Origin: Tubulanus polymorphus
Taxonomy: Eukaryota; Animalia; Nemertea
Direction of reading: 5' to 3'
Length of the DNA: 64,000 nucleotides
NCBI RefSeq assembly: GCF_964204645.1
Contig: NC_134030.1
Location: 22,528,210-22,592,209, forward strand
Program-made: the position numbers and the translations under genes
Part shown: positions 37,247 to 50,000 of the stretch, piece by piece
How the letters are laid out: each line of letters starts with the position of its first letter
Position numbering within the stretch: the stretch's first letter is position 1
Notes under the pieces: model-generated
What the model saw: only the letters and a program-made list of their open reading frames with translations
Told to the model about the DNA's origin: nothing
Database searches by the model: none

Positions 37247-39093
37247 GTTGAAATGTTCTGGCGGTCGCGTCGTTTTCGACTGGGTTTAGACGCTACTGTC
37301 CGCCATGTTGTTTACCCGTTGTCAATGTCATTCCGGAGCATGTCGAGACCGCACGCGCGCGCTTAGTTACGCTCCGCACATTGTTGTCCTCCTAGTGGCA
37401 CAGGAAGGACTTCTCCGACCCGTTTCAAGCAATCGTGTTGTCAGTGAATTTCAAATACGTAATATATATGCAGAAAACGCTCAGCCGCAAAGATAACGCA
37501 TATATGAAGATACATTTTTTGACTGAACAGCGACAGGGGCCGCGGATTAGGCGACCGACGAAGCCCTGGACGGTCGATCAGCCCCGGCTTTTCGTTTGCA
37601 CAACGATTGTAAAAACCTGTGCAAATTTGACACTTATCCGTTCATAAATTGCATTGTTCCGATATATTTCTTTGCAATGGCCGAGAGTGGCATATCGCTA
37701 GGTTAGCCCGGAAAATCGTCGCTTCATTCACTTGGACTCCGGCCTCCCTAATTTCCTACCACCCCTGACGGCGGCCAGATTTGAATAGTCAATTCAAAAC
37801 CATCAAATTTCGTCCCTAATGACTAAAGGACTAATGGGAGTGAGTGTACTGTGACATCGACAAAACAAACTTTTTGAATTTAACCGTTTTTGGGGCTGCG
37901 GTTGTTTTTTTTTTTGGTTTATCAGGTGCTTGTTTTCTTCATTTACCAGCAGATTCATTTCCAAAATAGAAAACAAAGTTGAACGGTGGCTCGGTGCAGC
38001 AAGCGCATTGGTCCAAACAGTGCCGGATGCATTTTACAAGCTGCGGATTTCCACAATAAACCATCATCATCGAGTACAGGTCTTGGAGTCATCTCCTTCA
38101 TTGTGGAAGCAATGAAGTGAAAAAACCGAAACACAATTTACAATTCACACAATTTATTGCTCAACAAAAACGAAAATATATTCATGTCATGAGCATAAAA
38201 ATTTCTTGGCATTCTCATGCCCGACGCTGGTTAGCAGTTAGCGATAAGATTTGTCTATCTCAGGCTAAACAGAAAAGACATACCTTGTTTTTCCTAATCG
38301 GCTGGGTCATTTTGTAAATTCCAATAAACTTGGTGATCAGTACATTTCTATAGATGTCGGGTCTGTTATTTAGCTTGATCATAATTTTAAGAAAAGGTAA
38401 TGTACAGGGTAGATAAGCGGCCGGCCGGGTCAACTTTTAAGCTCAGCAGAGAACAGAAAAACAAGGTATCATCAGTTTTCTTAGCCTTAATTCAATATAA
38501 TTTTATTATTCATATTCTTTTAGAGTTTATATAGTTAACTCAAATATAATGCGTGACTAAACAGTTTGTAATTCTCGTGTGGTGACCGAGGAATTGAAGC
38601 AACACCAACCGATCTGTAAATTTGATCTCAATCTTTATTATATGTGCATATATAGTTATACATGGACGCATTGATTAGTTTTAAAATAAATTCAGCACTC
38701 ACATCCTGAAAGTTTTTTTTTGTAAATCAGAATATATAGGATAGAATGTATCTTTATTGCTTACAAAAGTAAAACATTTGCTTAGAGCTAAAAGACAATA
38801 ACAACAACGTTATACAATATCAGAAACAAAATTCTGTTTTATTTTGGATAGATGATAGCCATGGTTAATATCTATCCAAGATTACACGCCACAGGTTAAT
38901 GTATGACAAATAATGATGTAATGATGACAGATGATGTAATGTTAGGTGCAAATATGTACTATATAGTTGGGATACGGTCACAGTAGTTATTGAATTGCAT
39001 TGTTACGTTAGATCCATGGTAGTCTTCGAGTTATTGGTTACTAGGCATGAAATCAGTACAGATGCAGCAGTCAAACAGAAACCAATCCACGAA

Positions 39094-40788
39094 CTAAGAG
39101 CGAGCGCTGATGATTACCTCGTAAGGTTTAGCCATACAAATAAAACCGTTATCATCTAATTCTATCGGTCGACGTTTCAGGTAATTCTCGTCCGGGAAAC
39201 CGAACGTGAATCTCTGCATCAAGCTGGCGAAAAAGACGAACACCTGATGTTTGGCGGAGTTTTCGCCGATACAAGCTCGTTTTCCGGCACCGAACGTCAA
39301 CCAGTATTTAGGACGAGCGACGATTTTGCCGTCGTCCTCGTCGATGAATCGCTCCGGTTTGAAATCGTCGGCGTCTACCCAGACTCTCGAATCGTGGTGG
39401 CATGCGTATAGATTTCCCCAAACTTGAGAACCTTTAGGTATGTCATAACCATCTAAAATATTCAAACGTAAATCGTCTTAATTGGTACAAAACTCTTTTA
39501 AGAGCACTGACTGTCGAGCTTACCGAGTCTAGCATCGACACTGGCTGCCCGAAATAAAATTGGAGCAACGGGACAAATTCGCAACGCTTCAAGCATGACC
39601 GCCTCGCAATAAATCATATTTGATTTATCATTGATTGTCGGTTGTCGGTTACCTGTGAAAATGAATGTCAGATAAATAAATGTAACCATATCTTTCATTT
39701 CAGAATCGACGCATATCTATTTCTCTTACCAATAACTTCATCTATTTCCCTGTGAACTCGGTCTTGTATTTCGGGATGTTTTGCCATGAAGTAAAACAAC
39801 CAATTCAATGTATGAGTCGATGTATCCACTCCCGCTAATATCAACAGATAAATATGGACAAATGGTTTTGTGAAACCAATTAATTCAAAATCATCGTGTT
39901 CAATCATTAATACAGTATGAAAATAAGTAATGTATTTTAACGTCCTGCTATAAATGTCGTCTGCGATACGATTGTAAGACGCATGCTAAGTTTCGTAAAA
40001 TGTTTTTTCTCCATGTAATGAACGTTGAACGTTTCAAAAAATTGAAAATTATTTTTCAAAAAAGCCACACAAATCTGTCGATGAGATTAGATATATAGTT
40101 TACCGGTAAAAGCATCACTAATAGTTTGAACGAGATGTCGGTCGGAGTAGCTTTCAGCTAGTTCAGCATCTTCCTCGCGTAGTTTTTCTCTTGCATTTAT
40201 CAAATAATCAATAAGATCTCCAATATTATCTGTAAATTTAATATACATGATTTAATTATTTATTAAATTATATACATATATTATATATAATTCAATATAT
40301 AATTGAATTATGATATAGTGTTACTTAAATTGGCCGGGAAATGAATCTGAATTCTTCAAAATAGTGTTCAGAGTATGTTCTGGAACCAACCAAAACGACT
40401 CCCACCTCGTCAGTGTGACTGTCTATTGTAAAAATTCTACCCAATAATTTTCTTAAACACCCTCAACCCTCTAAGCGCCACGCAGGGCATTATCGGTGGG
40501 TTCTATGTTTCTTTTTTCCCAATGGGCCAGAGAAGAACCTTCGACCAAGAAACTCTGTCGCCACGAGGGTTTGAACCTATAAACCCTGGATTGACGAGAC
40601 CAGCGACCGGCGGCTTAAACCACTCGGCCATTACTGATGAAAACCAGAAGAAATAACTAAATTCGCGAACAGAATAATGGAATACCTACCCGGGTCATAC
40701 TTGTTAACGTGTTCACAGAATTGCGTTTCGAAGACTGACGCGACGTCACCTTTATACACCCGGCATATGAAATGAACTTGATCGAAAA
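39094..40788 (-). CDS. Cytochrome P450, CYP2 clan (CYP17/CYP2-like); only the C-terminal half is traceable, possibly a 5'-truncated pseudogene
   Basis: Exons 40690-40788, 40104-40229, 39730-39834, 39524-39652, 39094-39452, all phase 1. I-helix DAFTAGVDT, K-helix EALR, PERF, and heme loop FGAGKRACIG. No N-terminal P450 exons found upstream. Confidence 0.85.
40325..40632 (-). mobile_element. tRNA-derived SINE in a P450 intron
   Basis: Pol III A box TGGCCGAGTGG and B box GGTTCAAACCC on the - strand, followed by ~240 bp of non-tRNA body. Confidence 0.7.
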
Positions 40789-41228
40789 CTAATTAAACAG
40801 CAAACAATTTGAATCCCCACTGCTCCTATGCTGCGATCGATGCCGACTTGAAAATAAACTGGTCGTTTTCGGACCCTTGGTTGCAACGAAGTTTGTTTAC
40901 CATGTACCGCCGGTTATACTACGTAATAAAATACAAAAAACATCACCCAACTTAATTATATAAAATGAACGTAAATTTCCTCAAATAGTGAACGCAGTTG
41001 GTAGACTACTGAAGAGGCTGACCTACTTTCTAAATGAATATAACGCCCCGCTGAGATAGAATGTTTTACTCTACTCGGGAATCCGTCGATATACTTTTAA
41101 ACGCATACCTCAAAACATCTTTCTATGAAAGCTTTTTACCATTAATTGAATAATGTCTACAGTTTCACTGTTTTTATGTTTTTGTTTTGCAATGGCATTT
41201 TAATAATCTTGTGGTTTCATTTATCAAA

Positions 41229-41638
41229 TCATCAAATCACATCGAGAGGTGATTGATACGATTTGAAGATGGTGAACTCGCAAATCTTTTTCAAAAAACT
41301 GATATAAGACGGGTCAAAACTGAAAGAGAAACTGAAACTCATTCATAGGAAATAATATTTTATAGAAACCGGGGCAGCATTTTCTTGTCAGCTGTTTGGA
41401 AGTTGTCAAATCAATCCTATCGTGCAAATCTAATTTGATTAGATTACACGTGACTAGCAAATTATAATTAGGAAAATCAAAACTGAGGCGAATTGATCAC
41501 GTCAAATCAAATTTGATTTTAAGTCAAATCGTTTTTATCTTGTAATAACATATGGTCTAAATTTTTTAATTTAACACGGCATCAAATTCAAATCGATTTG
41601 TCATATCATCAAATCACCCCCGGATGTGATTTGATACG
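41229..41638. mobile_element. MITE-like element with ~25-bp imperfect TIRs and many atcaaatc subrepeats
   Basis: atcaaatcacatcgagaggtgatt at the left end is the inverse of aatcacccccggatgtgatttgat at the right end. Confidence 0.5.
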
Positions 41639-42106
41639 TTTGGGGGTCCTCCCCCAAGAAAATTTTGAAAATTAGGAGTGATTTAAAGCGTTATTCCGCC
41701 ACCTTGAGTGATTACCTTGTGCTAAAAACACGAGTTTTTTTATAAAGTAAAAAATGAAGAAACCTAGCCGAAAAAGGGGGTTAGTTCGCAACCCCCGAAC
41801 CCCCCCTGGCGACGCCTATGCTCTCTGCTGCTACCAGACTTCAGCACCACTCATAAGTCAGATATTTATCACAAATCAAACATTCATTTGCTAAACAAAC
41901 AAGCCCAATCCTGGGCTTCCACACAATTTGTCAAAGAAAATATCTATGAAAATGTAATACAAAATTAATTATTTTTTTACAAATACTGGTAGGGATCAGC
42001 AGTATGACAGCCAGATTGTCACGAAGAGAGACAAATTATTATATTGAAATCTTTACATAACTAATACATAAGAAACTATTTTATATATTTTGATAATACA
42101 GCAATG

Positions 42107-42345
42107 ACTTAAATGATTATTTCAGTATCTATATACGGGGTGCAGCAGTTAAGTAACTAAAACTAACAGATTTGTCATAAAGAGTGAGACTTAAATGATT
42201 ATTTCAGTATCTATATACGGGGTGCAGCAGTTTAGTAACTAAAACTAACAGATTTGTCATAAAGAGTGAGACTTAAATGATTATTTCAGTATCTATATAC
42301 GGGTACATATAGGGATTAGTAACTAAAACTAACAGATTTGTCATC
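42107..42345. repeat. ~82-bp tandem repeat, ~3 copies
   Basis: gacttaaatgattatttcagtatctatatacgggg... is repeated. Confidence 0.9.
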
Positions 42346-43971
42346 ATTTGTCTGAATTTGGTGTGGATATTTTTAACCGATCATCCGCTCCGTTAGCCAT
42401 GAGGCTTGCGTGAGGGTGAAAGTATTAATATTCTGACACTTAATACACTTTTTCCCTTACACTTTCTAAACTTCCTTCCGCGAAGCGACGCCTAAGGATG
42501 GCTTCATGTCGACGAACGCAACCGGCCGGATAATCGCCGATCAGCGCCACATAAACACAGCGTTTTCAAACTTCAAAGCATTTTCAAACTTCAAAAGAAA
42601 AGATGCAATTGACCGCAATTCAAGAATGGCCAGTGACCTACCTGCAATACCTTTTGAAATCATTCCCCGAAGCTTTTGGTGTTGGTGATGCAACCAATCA
42701 CCGGCTACGAATTTTAAGGGGGTCAGTTAAAAACTGGTGGGCGCTCCTACAAGTTGTCATTACACTTGGAAATTCTACACGGCGAAGAAGTCTCTGTCGC
42801 TGGATATTTGCTCAGATAGGACACGTTTTAGAAAAAGAGAATTTTCATTAGATTGTAACAAACGCAGCTGAGCTGATAAACTATTTGTTATTAATACAAC
42901 TGGATTTCGCAAAAAGGACACGGAATTTAAAAATGACTTTAAGATTGACTCTTAAATAAAAGGATTACATTTTCAAATTGCTGCTTCATCCGCGTAACAA
43001 GGTTGCTGTAAGGTAGGTGGAACATTTATTTAACATTAGCGGTTGAAATTATGTTTTATAGATTTAGATTTAGGAAAAAATAGTTGCACTTTAGGTTAGG
43101 GTTAGGTTAGGTTTAATTAACAGGTACCGGTACCCAGTGTTACAGCTTCATGGAAGATACAACAGACTCGCCTACTGATGAAAATAAGAGCGGTCCGAAT
43201 TGAATAAGGTAGGACATATTTCAGCGTGGACTTGTCAACTAGAGTTGATACGTCCATGATTTCAGTGAGAAGAAAAAGACCCCCCGGGCCACAGAAGATC
43301 GAACCCGAAGTTGAATGATGATGACAGAGTGGCTTGAAAAAATTCAGGTGCGACTTGTATGACATGTCTAATAGTTCTTGTAGATAAATAGAATTGATAG
43401 AATTTATGTTAGTTCTAACTAGTTATTTGACCCCCCAATTAAAACATAATTTCAACCGTTAATTCTTAGGTATTTTGAATATATTTCACAATTATCCAAC
43501 GCCCCCCCCCCCACCCTCACCCCTCCCCTTAAAACGAAGCTTCCACGATTTTGTGGGTTAAGCGTGACTTTGGTAGGATGAGGAATTGACGATTTGGACT
43601 TGACAACTTTTTTCTACATAATAGAAACTACATAAACGTTAACACATGTAGAGCTAGGGAGGTTGGACTATTAACCCCTCAAAAATACGAACACAGAAAC
43701 AGTGATACAAATATAAAACAATAGACAAATATACACTTATATAATATTACACATTAAAATGATAGAATTAATTTTTTCACGCGCCATTTTATTTTGAAGT
43801 CTCATCTCGCGCCATTTTATTTTTCATCTCGCGCAATTTTATTTTGAAGTCTCATCGCGCGCAGTTTTATTTTGAAGTCTCATCTCGCGCCATTTTATTT
43901 GTCTTTTTGCGCATCCCAGATACATCACTTATTTTGTTGTTCTGTAATTAATCATATATCAACTCACTCAG

Positions 43972-44192
43972 TTATGTATTGTAATATATGTATTGTAATA
44001 TGTATTGTATTATGTATTGTACCATGTATTATATTATGTATTGTATTATGTATTATATTATGTATTGTACCATATATTGTAATATGATAGGTATTGTACC
44101 ATGTAGTGTATTATGTATTGTATTATGTATTGTATTATGTATTGTATTATGTATTGTATCATGTATTGTAATATGTATTGTATTATGTATTT
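43972..44192. repeat. Low-complexity (TATTG/TATTATG)n microsatellite
   Basis: Directly visible. Confidence 0.9.
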
Positions 44193-45171
44193 GTAATTAC
44201 TCTTCTCACTCGGTTTTCTCTAATTAGTGTCAGTCTGCCTATAAATACTGATTAGTAGCGAAAGCTTGTGCGTCAAATAAACCTATATTGTATACTTATA
44301 CTTGTCTCGTTATAATTATTCTAAACCCGGTTTATACCCCAGGCTCCTCTACGGAATAAGGGAACATCGTGTTTTAATTCCCGATTCGGACCCACTGTCG
44401 CAGCCTTCGTCAGTGGACACAGGACAACTCTGGCTGGATTCGAACCCTTGAAAGCAGCAGGCCCATTTCTCTTGGACATTGAGGAAAACTAAGACTAAGA
44501 CTAAGATTCTAAGACTAAGATTCGATTTTCAGCCTTCTTTGGCGAAGAGAACTTCAGTGTGACAATACTCAGAATTCGAACTTGTGGAATGAACCTGTTT
44601 TGGAATTTTCTGCGAAAGCTTCATTTTTCTAGAGGAAAATATATCAATTTCATATCGGTAACTATTACGACGAGTAATAGGAAAAATTGTGCCGAAATTG
44701 AGAGTATTGAAACAAACACAGCTAACCTACACGGCTGTCTGGAATCAGTTGTTTCGGGATGAAAAATTTGCAGAAAATTCCGAAACATTTTCATTCCATC
44801 ACGAGGAGACTGAAATTGACTGGTGGCCCACGTACGCTGGGCGAACTTCGGTTATCGGAGTTAGTCGCGACTATAGTCGAACTAAGTGAAACCGAATGTC
44901 AGTTAGTCGGAACCATAGTCTGGAAATAGTTCGGAAATAAAGCGCATTCGGTTATTAGTTCCGACCACTAGTCGACTAGATACGAGAACTGAATTTGGCC
45001 CTTACTGAGGAACTAGGATTCTGACCATCAGCCAGGAACCAGATAGTCCCGACCAGTCTGACCAGTGGTCGGCGGATGAGAGAGGATTAACGTACAAGGC
45101 AAGCAACATCGGAGCCTCGCTTGGAAGGTCTCCACTGAAGGCGCTGCGATGCACCAATCTCGGTAAGTGGA

Positions 45172-45413
45172 ACGATAACCACACTCGGTGAACGGGTAAT
45201 AAGATAAAATCCCACTATTTACAGATTAAAAGAATTTAAAAACAAGAATTTATCTATTCAATCTAAAATATAAAAAAGACACGACGTTTCGATCTCACCC
45301 TAGAGATCATCGTCAGCTGACGAAACGTCGTGTCTTTTATATATTTTAGATTGAATAAATAGATTCTTGTTTTTAAATTCTTTTAATCTGTAAATAGTGG
45401 GATTTTATCTTAT
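45172..45413 (-). mobile_element. Palindromic Penelope-like element remnant with minimal hammerhead motif; 14-bp TSD
   Basis: Inverted arms ~45198-45290 and ~45322-45414. On the - strand, CTGACGA-T-GATCTC-tagggt-GAGATC-GAAACGTC at 45283-45316. Direct repeat tctcggtaagtgga at 45158-45171 and 45414-45427. Confidence 0.75.
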
Positions 45414-45619
45414 TCTCGGTAAGTGGACTTTATTAGAATAACATGACACTAAACGCAGCAAAAAATCGGAGTGCCGGTTAATTTCGTATGAAAAAAAATC
45501 TATCAGACTGCAATCTTAAATGGGAAAATTTAGGGCACAATCCAAATATAACCAGATCAACTAGAATTGTATGTAAATATATGCAGGAGGGTTTTCTTAT
45601 TTTTTTGGAATTCATAGAT

Positions 45620-46990
45620 CAATGATCCAACTCACAACTTTTATAGAACTATGACAAATCTAAATTTGAGCTAGAACCATATTTAGTATTCTTAAAAGAC
45701 CACTCTCTAAAATCAGCAATAGCAAAACTTCGAATGTCATGTCATAACCTTATAATTGAAAAAGGAAGGAGACTCGGCATCGCTCAACCAAATCGTATTT
45801 GCCCTCACTGTAACGCTGTCGTCGACGAATCCCATCTTCTTTTTTATTGTAAACTTCAGGATAACTTAAGAATTAAATATGATATTGTAAATCTAAACCT
45901 AGACACTTTTCTTTCAGCCATTACTAATCCCAATAAACCAGTCTTCTTAAATATAGGAAATTTATATATTATGCGGGCTTAAATATCACTTAAATAATAT
46001 TGTATGTATATGTTAGACATTGTATACAGGATATCGACAAATTCAAGTTCTGGAATTACTCGTTTGATGGCGCTAGCCAGAACCGGAAATTGGAACCTTA
46101 ATCCGCCATGTTCTAGTTCATTTGCAATAAAAAATCTCTCGCTTCAAGTTTTTAGTTAGCGATATTTTACTTACTATACATAGGCACGTATAATCCTTTA
46201 AGTATGATATACTGACGATGTGTTGAATTCGATAAAACCTCACTTCGAACGCTAAAGATCACTAGAAATGTCAAAAAACTAGCAAAAATAACAAATTTAG
46301 CGACGACGCTCGAAGCAGCTAACGGAAGTAATGACTGGTGCCGGGTGGCATCACTTTGTTGTTGAGTTCAAGACTCTAAGGTGAATTCATTGCAGGCTAC
46401 ACTGATAAATATGAGATAATATTACGAAATAAAATTGATGTTAGAAGGACTACACTCGTAGATTCATAATGAAAATATGAAAAGTACCAGGACTCGAACC
46501 AACAATCGAAATTGGGTTGTCAAGTGCTGCCACCATGTGGTACCTGGCATCCAGTCTTTACATCTTCAGCCGTTGCAAAATGTTTTTTGATAATTTTAGG
46601 GCACTTATAGTGATGTCTAGCCTTTGCAGTGCGGTTTTATCATATCCAACGTAGCGGTAGGATATCATATTTAAAGGATTACGCGTGACGATATATAGTA
46701 AGTAAAATATCGCTCATTGAAAACTTGAAGCGAGAGATTTTCATTGCAAATGAACTAGAACATGGAGGATTTAGGTTCCAATTTCCGGTTCTGACTAGCG
46801 CCATCAAACGAGTAATTCAGGAACTCGAATTTGTCGATATCCCGTATTACCTCTCTCTCTCTCTTTTTATTATTTTTCTTTTATTGCACATACCTTTTGT
46901 TTTTGTCTGTTTGTTGTTATTGTTGTTTTTCTTCATTCACAATCTTATACTTTGGATTTATGATGAATAAATTGAAATTGACATTGGAAT
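45620..46990 (+). mobile_element. 5'-truncated non-LTR retrotransposon (RTEX/L2-type ORF2 C-terminus plus 3' tail), interrupted by a MITE
   Basis: Translates LEPYL..AIAKLRMSCHNLIIEKGR..RICPHCNAVVDESHLLFYC, a C-terminal CCHC zinc knuckle typical of LINE ORF2; tail aataaattgaaattg at ~46965. Confidence 0.7.
46027..46844. mobile_element. Non-autonomous DNA transposon with ~150-bp TIRs and TA TSD (Tc1/mariner-like)
   Basis: TA|CAGGATATCGACAAATTC...ttacttactata is the inverse of tatagtaagtaa...GAATTTGTCGATATCCCG|TA. Confidence 0.8.
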
Positions 46991-47028
46991 TATCAACTCT
47001 TAATGGCAGTAATTAGTACGAGTGAGTA

Positions 47029-50000
47029 ATGGCGGATAGCGGCGGTGGCGATTCACAGCGAGGATTACGCGATATCTTCGAAGATTTATGGACAATTTAC
47101 ACAAAATTAGACTCGAGTGATGTAGCGTCGTCATCTCAATCAATTCAGGTAGATTTACCGATAAATTACGATCGATTTTGGCATCAAAAGCCGCTTCAAA
47201 CCTGTGAATTAATGTTTGTATATGTCACCAGGGGGCTCTGATTGTATTGTAATGTTTTTCAGGGATCAGTAGTTGAGGGTGTTGAGAAATGCACGCGCGC
47301 CGTAAAAATGGTAAACGAAATCAGTTTATTCAGTGATAATGAAGAAATTGACGAAATATCTTCCAATGAAATCAGGTAAGCTTACGCTGAATGCTGCTGA
47401 TGTCTCATCTGTCCGACTGTCGTGTGCCCACACAAAAAGTTTTTGACCCTAGTATCCTAAGTACTGTTTAATTAGCACCTCGGTAGGATACTGGGGTCAA
47501 AATCTTTTTGTTGGGCCCCTGTGGTCGCGCCTTACAAATTTCCAGTCTTTTTTTATACTACCCAAAAAATGATGGGCTAGTTCTCGGGGCGCACTGGCTC
47601 AACAACCCCCTTAAATCAAACCAAGATGACCTCGTCGATCTTTGCTCTGACCAGTTCTCTTCGGGGTTGTCAGTGATCTCTGCTGGGGGTCGGTTTCTCA
47701 GACTCTATAACTGGTTCAATTGTTGTAATTGTAGGTATTTCTTGTTGCCGGGGTTACTGGCGTATTTCACTAACAAAACGATCGCCGATGACCGTTTAGA
47801 GGTTGTGCGTAAAACGAGGATCTATTGGATGGACTTCCTGCGTTTGTGTAAATCGTACGGAGTGGTCGCCGATAGCGACGTGCCGGCCGAATTAAACGAG
47901 ACGGATGACGAGAAAATGAATAAAACAAAGTCAAATTCAACTCGTAACAGGTAAATAATTTATCCCGATCCAGTTCCATTGTTGGAAGGAGATCCAGGAT
48001 TTTCAAATGGGATCAGGGCCCAGTTTCACGAAAAAGTAAAAGCCTAAAGCGGTTAAGTTTGAATTGTTGTCCTCATTGAAAACATGAAGTAACCAATGGC
48101 AATTTCACCAATAGTTTTAATGAAACATTTTTTGTGAAACTGGACCAGGCCGTGCTCTGCTGGTCACCTCTCAAGAATATATTGAAAAATTGGTCTTTAA
48201 GCGAATTTGGAGTTAACTCCGAGTTGATAAGGGTTCGAATCTTTAAAATAGAGTCTAATCTTAACCGCCACCGTTGGACCAGTCCAGAAGTCATCGATTA
48301 TTGCTGTTGATTGTTGTATTTGCTATGTGTTTCTCTATAGTAACCGGTTAGCAGACGCGCGCGCCGCCTCCGACCGTCGTCAAGCAAAAATAGAACGATT
48401 CAAAAAACAGAAACAAACTCAACAACGTCTGGCCGAGTTGTATAAACAAGTTCAGAAAGGTCACGTCGACGAAGAGGTTCAGAGGGATTATTACCTGACT
48501 CTGTTAAACAGTTGGATCGACCTGGCATCGGATGAGTTAACATCTATAGACCGTAAGTATCCATCCCCCTATGACATCATCAAATTACTCTTCTAGAGAA
48601 GATAACTACTTCCATGAAATCCCCCTATGACATCATTAAAATATCTACTAGTGATTTAATCTATAGTCATTTCTAGAAAAGATGTCTGCCTCCATAAATC
48701 CCCCTATGACATCATCAAATTGTCTACTAGTGATTTGATCTATAGACACTTCTAGAAAAGATGTCTGCCTCCATAAATCCCCCTATGACATCATCAAATT
48801 GTCCAATAGTGATTTTATCTAGACTCTTCTTCTAAAAATAGATGTCTACCTCCATAAATCCCCCTATGACATCATCAGATTGTCCACTATTGATTTGATC
48901 TAGACACTTCTTCTAAAAATAGATATCTTCCTCCATAAATCCCCCTAGGACATCATCAAATTGTCTACAAGTTATATTTGTTACTGTTTCAGAGGAGATT
49001 CCGATATTAGAACACATGGCAAAAATGAAAGCAGATGGAACTGATTTGAAACCAAAAGCTGCAAGTGATAAACCTAAAAAGGTTCGTAGTATGAAAATAT
49101 TATCATTCTCAATCCAACTAGAGGTCTCTCAAAATGGTAGTAGAAATGTAGTTAAACTTTTCTAAATTGGACAAAGTAACAAATTCATTTCTAATTTCGT
49201 CTGATCGAGGCCTAATCATTCTGATCCTAAATTCGAACTTAGTTTCTCTGAACTAGCGGGTGCGGGAGATTTCAATCTTGTATTTCAGAAAAATTGTCTT
49301 CTAAAAACCTAGCCTTTAATATTTTGCGTATTGTATGAATTCGACAATGATTTCGAATTAAAGTCAGATATTACCTCGGATAATTTTTGATGCAAGATTT
49401 TGAAAAAAAGAGACGATTGTGATTTTAAATTGTTTTATTTACGATTATTTTGCAGCCGTTTCGACCGTTTATTTTGACTAAAACCGATGTACAGAAGCGA
49501 GTATTCGGCGCCGGGTATCCGTCGTTACCTACGTACTCCGTAGAGGAGTTCTACGAACAACAAGTGCAACAGGGTTTGATGCCCGGACCGGAGTAAGTTT
49601 GAGATTGCAACATGCGGGGGCTGCAGTTGCTGAAAAGTTGGTTAAAGATAACCGGTGGATAAATACCGTAGTAGCAATGAACTTTTAATTGTCACTATGT
49701 CAACTATCCACCGGTTAACCAACTTCAGAGCAACTGCAGCCCCAGACATTGATTTTCAATTGTCACTATGTCGACTATCCACTGGTTAACTCAGAACCAA
49801 CTTCACTGAGCAACTGCAGCACAAGCATCGCTAGCTCAATGCCATAACCACTACTCTAGTCTATATCACAGATAACATCATAGAAAGTCTGATATCGATT
49901 TTGGAAGAGGGAGTTATTTTGGTTCGCTCTTATCTCCACTAATGCTCGCAACGCTTCCAAAAGTTCCCTTATTCTGAATATAACTCTAACTCGCGGTAAC

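Noticed and set aside
40555-40632. Possible tRNA gene
   Set aside because: A and B boxes are present, but there is no convincing cloverleaf or terminator and it continues into a long body, so it is a SINE head.
43094-43112. Telomere-like ttaggttagggttaggttagg
   Set aside because: Too short and degenerate to indicate a telomere or fusion site.
44400-44450. CTGACGA...CCGAA on the - strand next to a B box
   Set aside because: No stem II pairing and no GAAA; more likely a SINE fragment.
44559-44889. Possible transposase remnant ORFs
   Set aside because: Short and interrupted, with no diagnostic motif I can confirm.
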